Assembly: GCF_006345805.1 (NCBI RefSeq)
Contig: NC_043015.1
Span: 33,294,001-33,358,000 of the forward strand
Direction of reading: 5' to 3'
From: Octopus sinensis
Lineage: Eukaryota
DNA length: 64,000 bases
The notes beneath the pieces are model-generated. The model ran no database searches. It was not told the DNA's origin and saw nothing but the letters and a program-made list of their open reading frames with translations. The first letter of the stretch is position 1. Every line of letters starts with the position of its first letter. The position numbers and the translations under genes were made by a program. Below, in pieces: positions 41,795 through 53,570 of this stretch.

Positions 41795-43182
41795 GAGAGA
41801 GAGATAAGCATACACATTAAACCCTACATTTTCATCACAAGCATTGCAAATGTTTTTGTACTATTAGAAGCACCTACACATAATTTAACTTAGTGATGGT
41901 GATGGCAGGGGTTGAACAGGTTATAAGAAGGTTGCAAGAAGAACAATGGCAAGAAGCAAAAAATCTGGCTATGATAAGTTTTGAATAAGAAACAGTTCTG
42001 TAAGAGAATATAAATGCTGGGTTGAGTAAGAAATGTAGAGTCTGAAGAGCTGGGAGTGGCCGAAAATAGCTGAAATCTTATACACTTCTGTTGAGTATCT
42101 TCTCTTCCATGCCTGAAGTAGGGAAGTATATAAGTCACGAAAAGTACATTATAACCAGATTCAATTATTATTATTATTATTACAACTACCACTATGATTT
42201 TTCAGGCTCATTTTTAGAGAGATCCAGATCCATAAAGTGAATGTTTTCTTTTTCTATTAATCGTTAGATTGGAACCGAAAGAAGCCATCAGATGTTCTTA
42301 TAACAAGTTGGTGCCACTTAAAGAGGAAAAACTAAAAAAAACATTTGCCACGGAAACTAAAAATAAATTTCAGTATATTTTATATTAATTAAAAGTCTAT
42401 CGTAGTTGTGTGTTACAGATAAACATGAACTACAGGATGGATAACATTCGCACCGAAACCAATATTACACTAAATTTTATTGCAGTGTGCAGTGGATGGA
42501 GAGGCAGGGTGGTAGCGGATGGTGATGATGATGATGATGGTTATACTAATAATAACAATACGCAGGCTTTGAAATACATATATCGAATTGCAATTAGATG
42601 AAATGGAATTAGTGAAATGTAAAAAGGCGAGATCCAATGATGACGAATCAGAGTAAGACATGAAAATAAATCCCAAACTATATATTACTGGATTTGGAAA
42701 TCTTCGCCATTTTGTTCAGCAGTACCCCAAGTAAAATGCTCAGAGTGAAGAGTTCTTGTGTTCTTACAATCCAGACAAGAGCTACCCGAGAGAGAAAATG
42801 AAAATACAACAAAAACAAAAATAACAACCTAGAATTCTATAAGAGCGAAACAGAAAAATACGGTCCAAAAGTATTATTTTTAAGGAAATGGATTGATCAT
42901 GCAACATGTTAGGAAGATGTGATTAACACTTCACCCACCCCACCACCACTGCATAAAAGACAGGAATCCTTCCTGGAGACGATGGTTATGACTGGGCTGG
43001 CAAGGAATTTAGAATGGTTAGATTAAATGCTATTATTAGACACCAAGTTCACCCAACATGGGTAAACAAACACTCGTAGAAGACAGTTATTTATTTATTT
43101 TCTTCTCGCAGTCAAATGACAGAAACAAATAAAAGAATAACCAATTCCAAAGACTGGTTAATTGAAGAGAGAAATGTTTGTG

Positions 43183-43218
<36 letters not shown>

Positions 43219-43672
43219 AAGAAAGAGAGAGAGAGAGAGAGCAGTGTTGACAATGTCACACACGCATCGTAGGTTGTTTAACTTATACAAAATTATAGGA
43301 AAACGAAAATTCCATTTTCTACTAAACTGACATCGAGAATTGAAAGAAGGCAAAGAGAAGAAAAACAATGCAAATGGTTGAGAGAATGGAACGTGGGCGT
43401 GTTTGGATTAGCCATGGAACTACTATAGAGTACTATGCGAGTAGTAACAGTGGTAGTAATATAATTGAGAGTCTGTGAAATTTACGAAGTACAAAGTACC
43501 ACAGTTGTAAGGGAAGAAGCTTCAGTTGCAAAATGTGTGTGAGATGGAGAGATAAAAATATAAATGTAGGTGCGTGTGTGTGTGTGTGTGTGATAGTTTG
43601 CAATGAGTCGGTGCAGGAATAGTTTGTGGAGGAGAGAGAGACGGTTAAGGTAATGAAAATAGAGGCGGGATT

Positions 43673-43707
<35 letters not shown>

Positions 43708-43846
43708 GGAGCAAAGGTAAGTGTAGTTCTGCAGCAATGCGATCGAGATGAAAAGAAATGAAATAGATAGGTAGAGAGAGAGAGACAGAGATAGATATAG
43801 AGAGAGATAGATAGATAGAGGGAGAGAGAGAGAGATGTTCACCTAC

Positions 43847-43915
43847 CTCGTGACGGCCTTCATCGGTAGTGTCATAAGCCTGCCGAGACTGGAATAAGTC
43901 TCTTCTTAAAGCCGA
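43847..43915 (-). CDS. dlg1: Candidate alternative 5' exon of dlg1; CDS 43875-43847 = MTLPMKAVT(R)
   Basis: Acceptor tttcaacag| at 43916 and donor GAG|gtaggt at 43846. An in-frame TAA precedes the ATG at 43875. The phase-2 end (AG) plus the A of the PDZ3 exon gives ...AVTREPR, similar to the conserved ITREPR. Unique sequence between microsatellites. Confidence 0.55.
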
Positions 43916-44379
43916 CTGTTGAAATTGTTTAGCGACAGATTGTAGAATTGGAATGCCGAGGTTTGGGACACACAACAGAGAGAGAGAGAGACATACACAG
44001 ACAGAGAGAGAGAGAGAGAAAGATGTCTTATATATATATATTATGTGACAGAGACTGCTTTTGTAGTATTTGTTGTTTGGTTAGAGGTAGGTACGGTTGG
44101 TGGTAGCGATGGTAGAAGAAGTAATTGTGGCAGCAAACAGCAGCAGGTAAAACATTTCCAAAAGAGATTTTTAAAACAACCAGTCTCACCCGGAGAGACA
44201 GACACAGATAGATATACAGATAGTTAGGCAGGGAGAGAGAGAGAGAGAGAGAGATATAAAAATAGATAGAGCAATATATATAAAGAGAAGCAGAGAATGC
44301 GATTTCTATGCCTATCAGGGTGTTAGAGGTAGATAGAGAGGCCTCCTATCTATGTATCTATCTGTTGCAGTGTAGAAGT

Positions 44380-45320
44380 CAACGCTGACGAATCATGTTG
44401 GGCGCCTTCCCCAACTCGACTACAATACACACACACACATATATATATATTACTGACTGTGTGTATATAAATTATATATACGCATGCACACACATATATA
44501 TGTGTGCAGCTAATATGTATATGCGTCTGTGTAATATGAATTGTGTGTATATATATGTATATAGATTAATAAAAATTAAGGTTAATTGTCCAAATGAAAA
44601 GAGAGAGAGAGAAGGAGAAAGAGAGAGAGAGAGAGAGAGATGTGTATATAAAAGAGAGACCTCCCCCCAGGGGTGGAGAGGGTGTTGTCAGCAGTCCGAG
44701 GTTTGTTTCATCTTGGTAACCTGTTGTAGTTGTTTTTGTTGTTGCTACTGTTGATAATGATGTGTTGTAAGTCAGTCGCTAGTAGGCGACCACAACGTCT
44801 GCAGTTTATTCACCACTGGTAGCCACCTCATCCTCCGTCTCCTCCTCCTCCTTCTCCTCCTCCTCCTCCTCCTTATTCCCGCGATTCTATCGTCGACCCG
44901 CCGACTCCGCTGCTGCTGCTGCTGCTGTCTTCCCGGTGCAAATTACCACAACCCCCCCACTCCCCCAGCACTTGCATCAGGTTAAACATTCTTGCCACCA
45001 CCACCACCACCACCACCACCATCAGCTTGAAACAAAGAGGGAAGAAGCCTCTATGCGTTCGCTCGACTGCTAGAAACAACAGCTGAATCTCCCTCAAATC
45101 ACAATACCGCGTTAAATAGAACGAAACGACACATTAGGTAAAATAATCTTAGTTACCCTTAAGAAACAGAAAATAGTCACAACTGGAATGCCTTTGCTCA
45201 GAGATCGGCTGAATCGGTTAACCGGGGGCTAAACAGCTCCGCCACCACCACCACCACCATCAGCAACAGCAGCAGCACTAACTGCCAGTGTCCTCTACAA
45301 CAGCGCTGCTGCTAGAGATA
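44380..45320 (-). promoter_or_regulatory. GC/CpG-enriched patch with (CCT)n, (GCT)n and (CCA)n runs; possible internal promoter or 5' UTR
   Basis: Many CpGs (e.g. cccgcgattctatcgtcgacccgccgactccgc at ~44878-44910) in an otherwise CpG-poor intron, 0.5-1.4 kb upstream of the 43915 exon candidate. Confidence 0.35.
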
Positions 45321-45321
45321 C

Positions 45322-45359
<38 letters not shown>

Positions 45360-45541
45360 ATATAAATGTGTGTGTAATATACCTTTCGTTATCACTACAG
45401 GTCGTTTTACCTGTGTGTGTGAGTGTGTGTGTTCTCAGTACCAGCCACAGGTAGTTGCTATACAGGCAGTTCAAGCACAGAAAACACATACCCATCAAGA
45501 AATGGAATTTACTCTGTAATGCGTGTGCGTGCGTGTGTATA

Positions 45542-45598
<57 letters not shown>

Positions 45599-46039
45599 CA
45601 TACATATATATATATATATACATACATACACACACACACATATGCGTGTGTAGCACAAGTAAAGCCTTCCCAATTGTGGCAATATCTACGTATTATGTGA
45701 CACAATGTCGAGTATTCTTACGCTGAGGTCTAATCATACACACACACACCCTTCCATACACGCATACACACACTTCCTTGCAAATGCACATAGACTTTCG
45801 TACAAGTAGAGAGACATCTACACATACACGCCTAGAAACTAACCAACAGTTATAATATGCACGTGTAAGAAGTTGTGAACTCACGTTATAGGATAACAAA
45901 ATATTTACTGACGAAAGAATTCAATACTGGCGATAAGCCAAGTATATAAAAATGGACTGTGAAACTCGTCTTGTTCACAGCGCTTGGATAAGCTTTGAGA
46001 CAGGTAGAAACTTAGTCACAGGCAACGCTTATACATCAG

Positions 46040-47040
46040 ATACATGGAACGATGTGTGTGTGTGTACACAAAATTGCACATTATTAAAAACATGGGTAAA
46101 CTAAACTACCCCAAAATTAAAAGAAAAGAATTTTGTTTTATGAGATGCTAGACTTCTGTACGAAACCATTTATTCTTTGAGTTGCTTTCTGATTGGAGAG
46201 CATTATGCTGTCTATGTCTCACTGAAGAGATCTAAATAAGACTGAAACATACGAAGAATTGTCACCATAACTACAAGGGATTAAATCCTACTCAGACAAT
46301 TTCATTTTTTGTCTAGTGAACTTTTTTGTCATTTTTTGTCTAGTGACTTGTCTCCTAAGCCTTCTGAGGCTAATTTTTCATAAATGCTAATTACTCTGCT
46401 CATGTTTTTTGGGGGTTTTTTTTGCTGGGTTTGGAGGAAGAGGTAACGTCCATGATCTTTGCAAGTCCCCTTAGAACAGTGAGATAAATAGCATTAATGT
46501 TCTGGAGCCTTTCTAAGAAAACACCTGAGCAGAAAGGAAGTTCCACAGAGCTAATTGTTCTGGGAAGGCAGGACTTGGTGTAGTTGATAAATGTGAGGCC
46601 TGGGAGTGGGGGTGGATACAAGGGTGATAGGAGGAGGAGGAGAAACAAGTGAGTCAGGAATGCTTGAGTGAGAATAGAATAAGGCGAGGTAGAGCCAAGG
46701 AGTGGAGGCCATTACGGTAACAATAGAAGAAGCAGAGGGGTGAGAGGGCAAGTCTATAAAGCAGAGGCTAAAGATGTTGCTAAGGACGATTTTACGTCAG
46801 TTGGTCCTTTTTTGGATGAAGTTTAGGACATCAGTATGTACAGGTGTAGTACGGGTCTCAGATGTAGGAGCAATATTCTATTGTTGGCCTCACCTGGGGG
46901 AGGAGGGTTGTCAATAATTGTTGGGGTGTATGTGATGTGCCTTCTGGCCCTGAAGAGAAGGGCCAACTGATAGTATGTTGTCTGAGCTAGATTAACCCTT
47001 TTACGATGAAAATCTGAGATATTCAATCAAAATTTGATTA
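46040..47040. mobile_element. Possible Penelope-like element remnant
   Basis: CTGAAGA-gatc..gact-GAAAcatacg hammerhead-like relic at 46222-46253 next to decayed coding-like sequence. No clear protein motif was read. Confidence 0.3.
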
Positions 47041-48169
47041 CATCTACCAGAAAGCAATGTTATTTACCAATCTGTCTTTTATCTAAGAATATCGGATCCA
47101 AAACTATATTTTGTTGAAATATGTCAAGTTGACTTGCAGAGAATATCATTTCTATTTTTTTGGTAGAGATTTAACATCAGTTCTGGAATAACCATTAAAT
47201 CTCATTTTAAAGTTAAAGGGTCAAGGAGATTCATCATCATCATCATTATTTAGCATCCGCTTTCCATGCTAGCATGGGTCGGACGGTTCAACTGGGGTCT
47301 GGGAAGCCAGAAGGCTGCACCAGGCCCAGTCTGATCTGGCAATGTTTCTACGGCTGGATGCCCTTCCTAACGCCAACCACTCCGTGAATGTAGTGGGTGC
47401 TTTTTACATGCCCCCAGCACAGGTGCCAGACGAGGCTGGCAAACAGCCACGGTCTGAGATCCAACAAGTAGCAACTGTGAGGGCTTTAGATGAATGATTT
47501 TCATGATTAAGGTGTTGTGTGATGCAACGATATTTCCTTATTTGAGTAGTGCTTTCTTGTTGAAAGACACAAAATTAGCAGATTTTCACTGGAGGACTAT
47601 TTTAAGATCTGTCCTTCAGGAGAGTCAGCAGAAGTTTCCTGTAGAAAGGGAGGAATTAAAAAGTTCAGAGGGACAAGCTTTATGATACAATATTTGAGGG
47701 TTGTGAGGACCAGGACCTAACTCTATGGTACAATGTTTGAAAGTATTGCAAGAGACTGTCAGAGCCACTGGCCTTGCTTGTTGTAATGTCAGCTAAGAAT
47801 TAGCTTTAGCAATATATTGTAAGGAATTTGGCTACCTGAGACAAGAAGATAAAACATACCATTGACAAAGGAAGTTCTAATGTTCAAGATGCACACCACC
47901 CCACCCAAGTTAGCCCTGTGTATAAACACCAATGCTAATAATTTTCTACATCGAAACAAAGCAATTGTTCATATGGAAGAAAATTTCTATAAAACAAAGA
48001 AATGTTAAAGAGAGAGACCGGAACTGAGATTTGGATGATAATGGATTTGCAGAAAAAAATCATGCATTCTGAAAGAGTCTGCAACAAATCCTGTGAGAAT
48101 CAGAACATGAGTCTGTAAACATGATAAACATTTCCGAAAGGGGTACAAGAATGCAAATTTTGCGAGGAA

Positions 48170-49422
48170 GAAATAGGCAATGAAATTGATCCCAGGACTT
48201 ATTTTATTAACCACAAAAGCATGAAATGCATAGCTGGCCCCAGAAAGATTTGAACTCAACAAGTTAAAGAAAACAACTAAATACTAATAGCAAATCTTTG
48301 TAAAAGGCCAGTAACTTCAGGGGATGGGGTGGGGTCAGTAAAATTGGTCACAGTGCTCAACTGGTATTTATTTTATTGACCCCAAAATGATGAAAGATAA
48401 AGTTGATCTTGATGGAATTTGAACTCAGAACATAAAGACAAATAAAATGCCACTAAGTATTTTGCCTGGCATGATGGTGATTCTGTCAGCTCCACTGCTT
48501 TAAAAAAGCCACCAGATATCACTAGGTGTTTTATGTGATGCTCCACCGATTCTCATTCACCACCACAATAACAATCCTTTCTGCTATAAGCACAAGACCT
48601 GAAATTTCATACGGGAGCAGGGTTAGTGGATTACATCAATCCTAGTCCTCAACTGGTTGTACTTATTTTATCAATTCAGAAAGGATAAAAGGCAAAGCTG
48701 ACCTTGGCAGAGTTTAAACAAAGAATGTACAGCTGAAAGAAATGCTGCTACGTCCAGTGTGTGAATAGTTCTACCATCTTGTGGCCTTCATAATGATAAT
48801 AATGGTTTTACATTTTGGCACAAGGCCAGCAATTTTATGGGAAGGTGGTTAGTCCATCAACCCTGGCGATCAATGGGTACTTAATGCCGCCTTTCCAGGT
48901 CAATAAAGCAAATATTATTTGAGCACTGGGGTTGATGTAATATACTAAACCCTTCCCACAAAAACTGCTGGCCTTGTGCTAAAAATTGAAATAATAATAA
49001 TAATCCTTTCTACTGGAAGCACCAGACCTCAAATTTGGGGCAAGGGATTAAGTTGATTACATTGACCCCAGTGTGTAACTGGTGCTAATTTTAATGATCC
49101 TGAAAGGATGAAAGGCAAAGTCAATCTTGGTGGAATTTGAACTCAGAATGTAGCAGCAGATGAAATACCATTAAGCATTTCGCCTGGCATGCTAATGGTT
49201 TCAAATTTTGCCACTAGGGTAGCATTTTTCAAGAGCAAGGGGCTAGGTTGATTACATTGACCTCAGTGCTCAACTGGTACTTATTTTATTGAGCCTCACC
49301 ACATACACAAAAGGATGAGAAACAAAGCTGATCCCAACAGAATTTGAACTCAAAATAAAGTAGGATGAAATGCCACAAAGCATTTTGCCTGGTGCAGGAA
49401 TGATTCTGCCAGCTCGATGCCT
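48170..49422. mobile_element. Dense SINE cluster (about 6 copies, mostly minus strand)
   Basis: Repeated aactggtacttattttat...ggatgaaaggcaaag...gaatttgaactcagaa cores separated by short (TAA)n. Confidence 0.85.
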
Positions 49423-49429
49423 TAATCAT

Positions 49430-51350
49430 AATGGTGAAGGATGAGGGAGACACTTAGAAAGACAGACATAAAACGTGGGGGTTTACATATAATAAAATGA
49501 TTTAAAAAAAAAAGTATACATGGTATAGAATAAACTAAAGGGACATATACATAGAATACAACAGTAAAAGAAAAAAAAAAGGATGGTGCTGATGGGATCT
49601 TCCTGATATAGGAGGACTTCTGAGATAATAGAGGAACCCCACTGCCCAAGACCTCTCTGAACACCAAAGACAAGCACCCTTTCTAGTTCTTTTTCTGATT
49701 CACAGGTCTACACTTAGAGCGGTACCATCTGCTCTTGCCATTTTCACAACTTTCACCCACCGTTCAATGAATTCATTCAAGGACAGCACTTCTCTATCTA
49801 CTCTCACTTTCCTTTGAAAGTAAAACTTGAACACTCATTCAACCAAAGAGGAATGTCTTTGCTCTCATGCCTTCCAGCCTTGCCCACCAGAAGAGCTCTT
49901 TTGTCACTGCCACCAGGCAAAGGAAATCTGATTTACCTGTCCAATTAAAGGAGGCTAGCAGAGCAACCATCACTATGGACTCAGCTGATAGATGGATCTG
50001 CCCCACACACGACAGTAGGTGTTCAACATAACTCCAAAAGGGCAGAATGGTTTCATCAGCCTGCACACACCTAGTAGAACAAGCCCGTCTGACAGCACAT
50101 CCATACCTGTAGAGTTTATCTCAAACCAGAAGGCCATGAACATCTGGAAATTATCTATGGTCGTCCCCGACCAGAAAGTGCCCTTGAACAAACTAGCCAG
50201 ATCTCCCTGAGGACATTGGAACACTTCCTCATGACTAATCCTCTATATATTGCTAGAGTGGAACATTCACCAATCTCACTGCCTGACAACATTCTAAGTG
50301 CCAGCGCCCAGTCTCAGTCTGTCCTTCACTAAGGACAGCACTTCTATAAAAGAGAGGATCTGCAGAAAGATGGGCCTCACAAATAGAGCTCACACATGTT
50401 CACTGTCCAGAAATTGTTCCAGGCAGCAGACTGACTGCCTCACCATTGGAATGTGTGCCTTCCACCAGAAGAGAAGAGATGGCTCTAATCTGATCAAGCA
50501 GTAACTGGGGCAAAGCATGATGATGAGGCAATAAATGATGATGGAGACAATGGAGGTATTTTCCACCTTTGTCCAACCTTTCAGAGACAGCCTTCTCTCT
50601 GCCCATTTCTGGGTAAGACAGGCCACTCTGTTCATCACCTCATCCCAGTTCTTATCCACTTGGAGATTGGGACCAAACCAGACACTCTCTGACAGCATTG
50701 ACCTGCCTCTCCAGGTACCCAGTGGCCAGCCCATTGACTTCTTGGGGTTGATTTTGACCCCTACAACTAACACATGTTTCTTTAGAATGCATCCTACACC
50801 ATGATAGTGATGTCATCCACCCATGCTGACACTGCCCTCCTTTGTCCTCCCAGTTTGAAAGGGATGCTCCTTAACAGTTCCGACTTCTGCAGGCAGCAGT
50901 GGCTCAAGAGCCAGCACACACAGAAGAGGTGACGGTGGGCAGCCCTGATAGACCATGAAATATGTCTATTAGGTAGCAGTTTATTTTGACTGCCAATTTG
51001 GTGTTGCTGTGCATTGCAGCGACCCAGTTTGAGGACAGCTTCCATGATCAACCCTATTGAATGCTTTGGACTGATCCACATTGACCAAGACCCCACCAAA
51101 GCCAGCTTTAGTCCCAGCCCTCTCTAAGATGGTGGTGGTCGTCATGGATAGACCTGTTGAGAATTGCACACGTTTGTGCTTCCCTGACCATACTACTGAT
51201 GATAAGCGCCACCTTTTCATGAACACCTTGGCCTAAATCTGTGTTTAGCAGAGTTATGGACTGAAAATTCCCTAGAAAATCTCCATTGTTGGCATACTTC
51301 CCCAACAGTATTACCCCACCCCGGCTAACAGCACTAGCAATTCTCCCATT
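49430..51350 (-). mobile_element. 5'-truncated, degenerate L1/Tx1-clade LINE (RT domain to 3' end)
   Basis: Fragments in order: FQSITLLNTD, QTCAILNRSIHD, VDQSKAFNRVDH, SAWVDDIT (YADD equivalent), WFGPNLQVDKNW, WAERRLSLKG. Many frameshifts. Confidence 0.9.
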
Positions 51351-51359
51351 GTCATCATA

Positions 51360-51870
51360 ATAATAATGATTTCAAACTTTGTCAAAAGGGCAACAATTTT
51401 GGGGGAGGGGAGGAGTCTATTACATCGGCCCCAGTGTTCAACTGGTACTATAATAGTAACAATGGTTTCAAATTTTGGCAAAAGACCACCAATTTCATTG
51501 GGAGGGATAAACTGATAACATTGCTCCCCCCCCCCCCTGTACTCAACTGGTATTTATTTTATCGACCTAGAAAGGATGAAAAGCAAAGTTGACTTCAGCA
51601 GAATTTGAACTTAGAAGAAGAAACACTGCTAAGTATTTCTTCCAGTTTGCAAACTTGATATTAATAGTAATAATAATAATAATAATTTCAAACATAGGCA
51701 TAAGGAAAGAAGAAGAAGAAGTCAATTATGGCAACCTGAGTATTTGAGTGGTGGAGGGAAGTAAAGCAGAGTTGAGTTCTGCAGGATTTGAATCCAAAAT
51801 ATAAAGGGCAAAACCATATATTGCAAGGTAGTCTGTCCAATGATCTAACAATTCTGCCAATCCACTAGCC
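51360..51870 (-). mobile_element. SINE cluster
   Basis: Same SINE core; continues the 48170-49422 cluster on the other side of the LINE. Confidence 0.75.
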
Positions 51871-52011
51871 TAATAATAATAATAATAATAATAATAATTA
51901 ATTGCTTCTAATTTTAGGCACAATAAATAGTAATAAAAAACTATAATAACAATAAAGTCCACAATAACCATAACCATAAACATATAATAATAATAACAAT
52001 AAACTTAGTAG

Positions 52012-52047
<36 letters not shown>

Positions 52048-52994
52048 TAAAAGACAAAGGGTAAAAAGCAATAAAAGAGTGGTGTGAGGGGAGGGAGGGA
52101 GGTTGGAACCTTGCTTTTAAGCCATTATGTAAATCAGTATTGTGGTTGTTGTTAATGTGAAGAACTCACAGACGGGCAACACCATGACAACAGACCCAGG
52201 GAGAAGGAGGCTGGCAGATGGATGCGGAGATCAGTGTACAATAGTGATAGACAGTGGTGGTGGTGGTGGTGGAGGAGATGGGAGTGGTGAGAGGCAGGGC
52301 AGCGTGAAGTCATCCATCATATCTCAACAAAATAACCAATAGAGGATCGATAGATGCTATATTGGTAAGTGAGAAGGGAGGAGGGGGAGCTTGCGTGTGT
52401 GTGTGAGAGTAATGTTGGACGTGTGTGTGTGTGTGTGTGTGTGTGTCACTATAAGAAAAACCAAATGTGTGCATTAGAGAGAGAGAGAGATGTTGCATAT
52501 GTATCTTTGCAAGAACAAGTGTGAATGTGTGTGTGTGTGATACTGCATATGTATGTCTGCCAGAATGAGAGTGCGAGAGATTAGATTATTCCAGTCAAAA
52601 TATATATGCAAGAATCTATTTCAATGTGTGTGATATTTTACATATACGATGAGTGTGTGTGTGTGTGTGCACATGTGAGCATGCACAGATCGATTTCAGT
52701 TTTGATTCAATAAGAAATATCTCCTTTAAAACTTCGACTTACTTGCAAGAAACTAACAAAATGAAAAACAAAAGAAAAAAACCATTTCTCTACATCATTC
52801 ATTATCAACACATTATTCCTGATTCAATATCACACATACAAATGCATGCATACAATGTATGTATACATACACACACACACATCCAGCAATGGAGACTTAT
52901 TTCTTTGTTAGGAACCAGGTCCTTCATATAAAGTTGGTTTTTATTAAAGAAACAAAGCACCACCAAATACTGCTACTACTACTACTACTAATTT

Positions 52995-53570
52995 TTCAAC
53001 TATAGGCAATTTTAGGTCAGGGGGAGAAGTCGATTACATCAACCCCAGTATTTCACTGGTACTTTATTGATCCTGAAAGGATGAAAGGCAAAGTGGACCT
53101 CGGCAGAATAATAATAATCTTTTCTACTAAAGGGAGAAGGGCTGAAATTTGAGGAGAGAAGTAACAAGTTAATTACACTGACCCCACTGTTTCACTGGTA
53201 CTTAATTTATCAACCCCAAAAGGATGAAAGGCAAAGCTGACCTTGGTGGAATTTGAACTCCGAATGTAAAGATGAGTGAAATACCACTAAACATTTTGCC
53301 TGGCATGCTAATGATTCTGCTAGCTTGCTGCCTTCAGTAATAATAATAATAATCCTTTCTACAAAAGGCACAAGGCCTGAAATTTTGGGGGAGCGGACTA
53401 GTTGAGTACATAGCTCCCAGTATTACACTGGTACTTAATTTATCAACCCAGAAAGGATGAAAGGCAAAGTCAACCTTGACAGAATTTGAACTCAGAACGT
53501 AAGGACAGACAAAATGCCACTAAGCATTTTTCCCGGGGTGCTGACGATTCTGCCAGCTTGCCGCCTTATT
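52995..53570 (-). mobile_element. Three tandem SINE copies
   Basis: Cores at ~53030-53108, ~53170-53335 and ~53400-53567, separated by (TAA)n. Confidence 0.85.

Noticed and set aside
43433-43975. 180 aa minus-strand ORF
   Set aside because: Mostly (CT)n/(CA)n translation; only the 43915-43847 part looks exonic.
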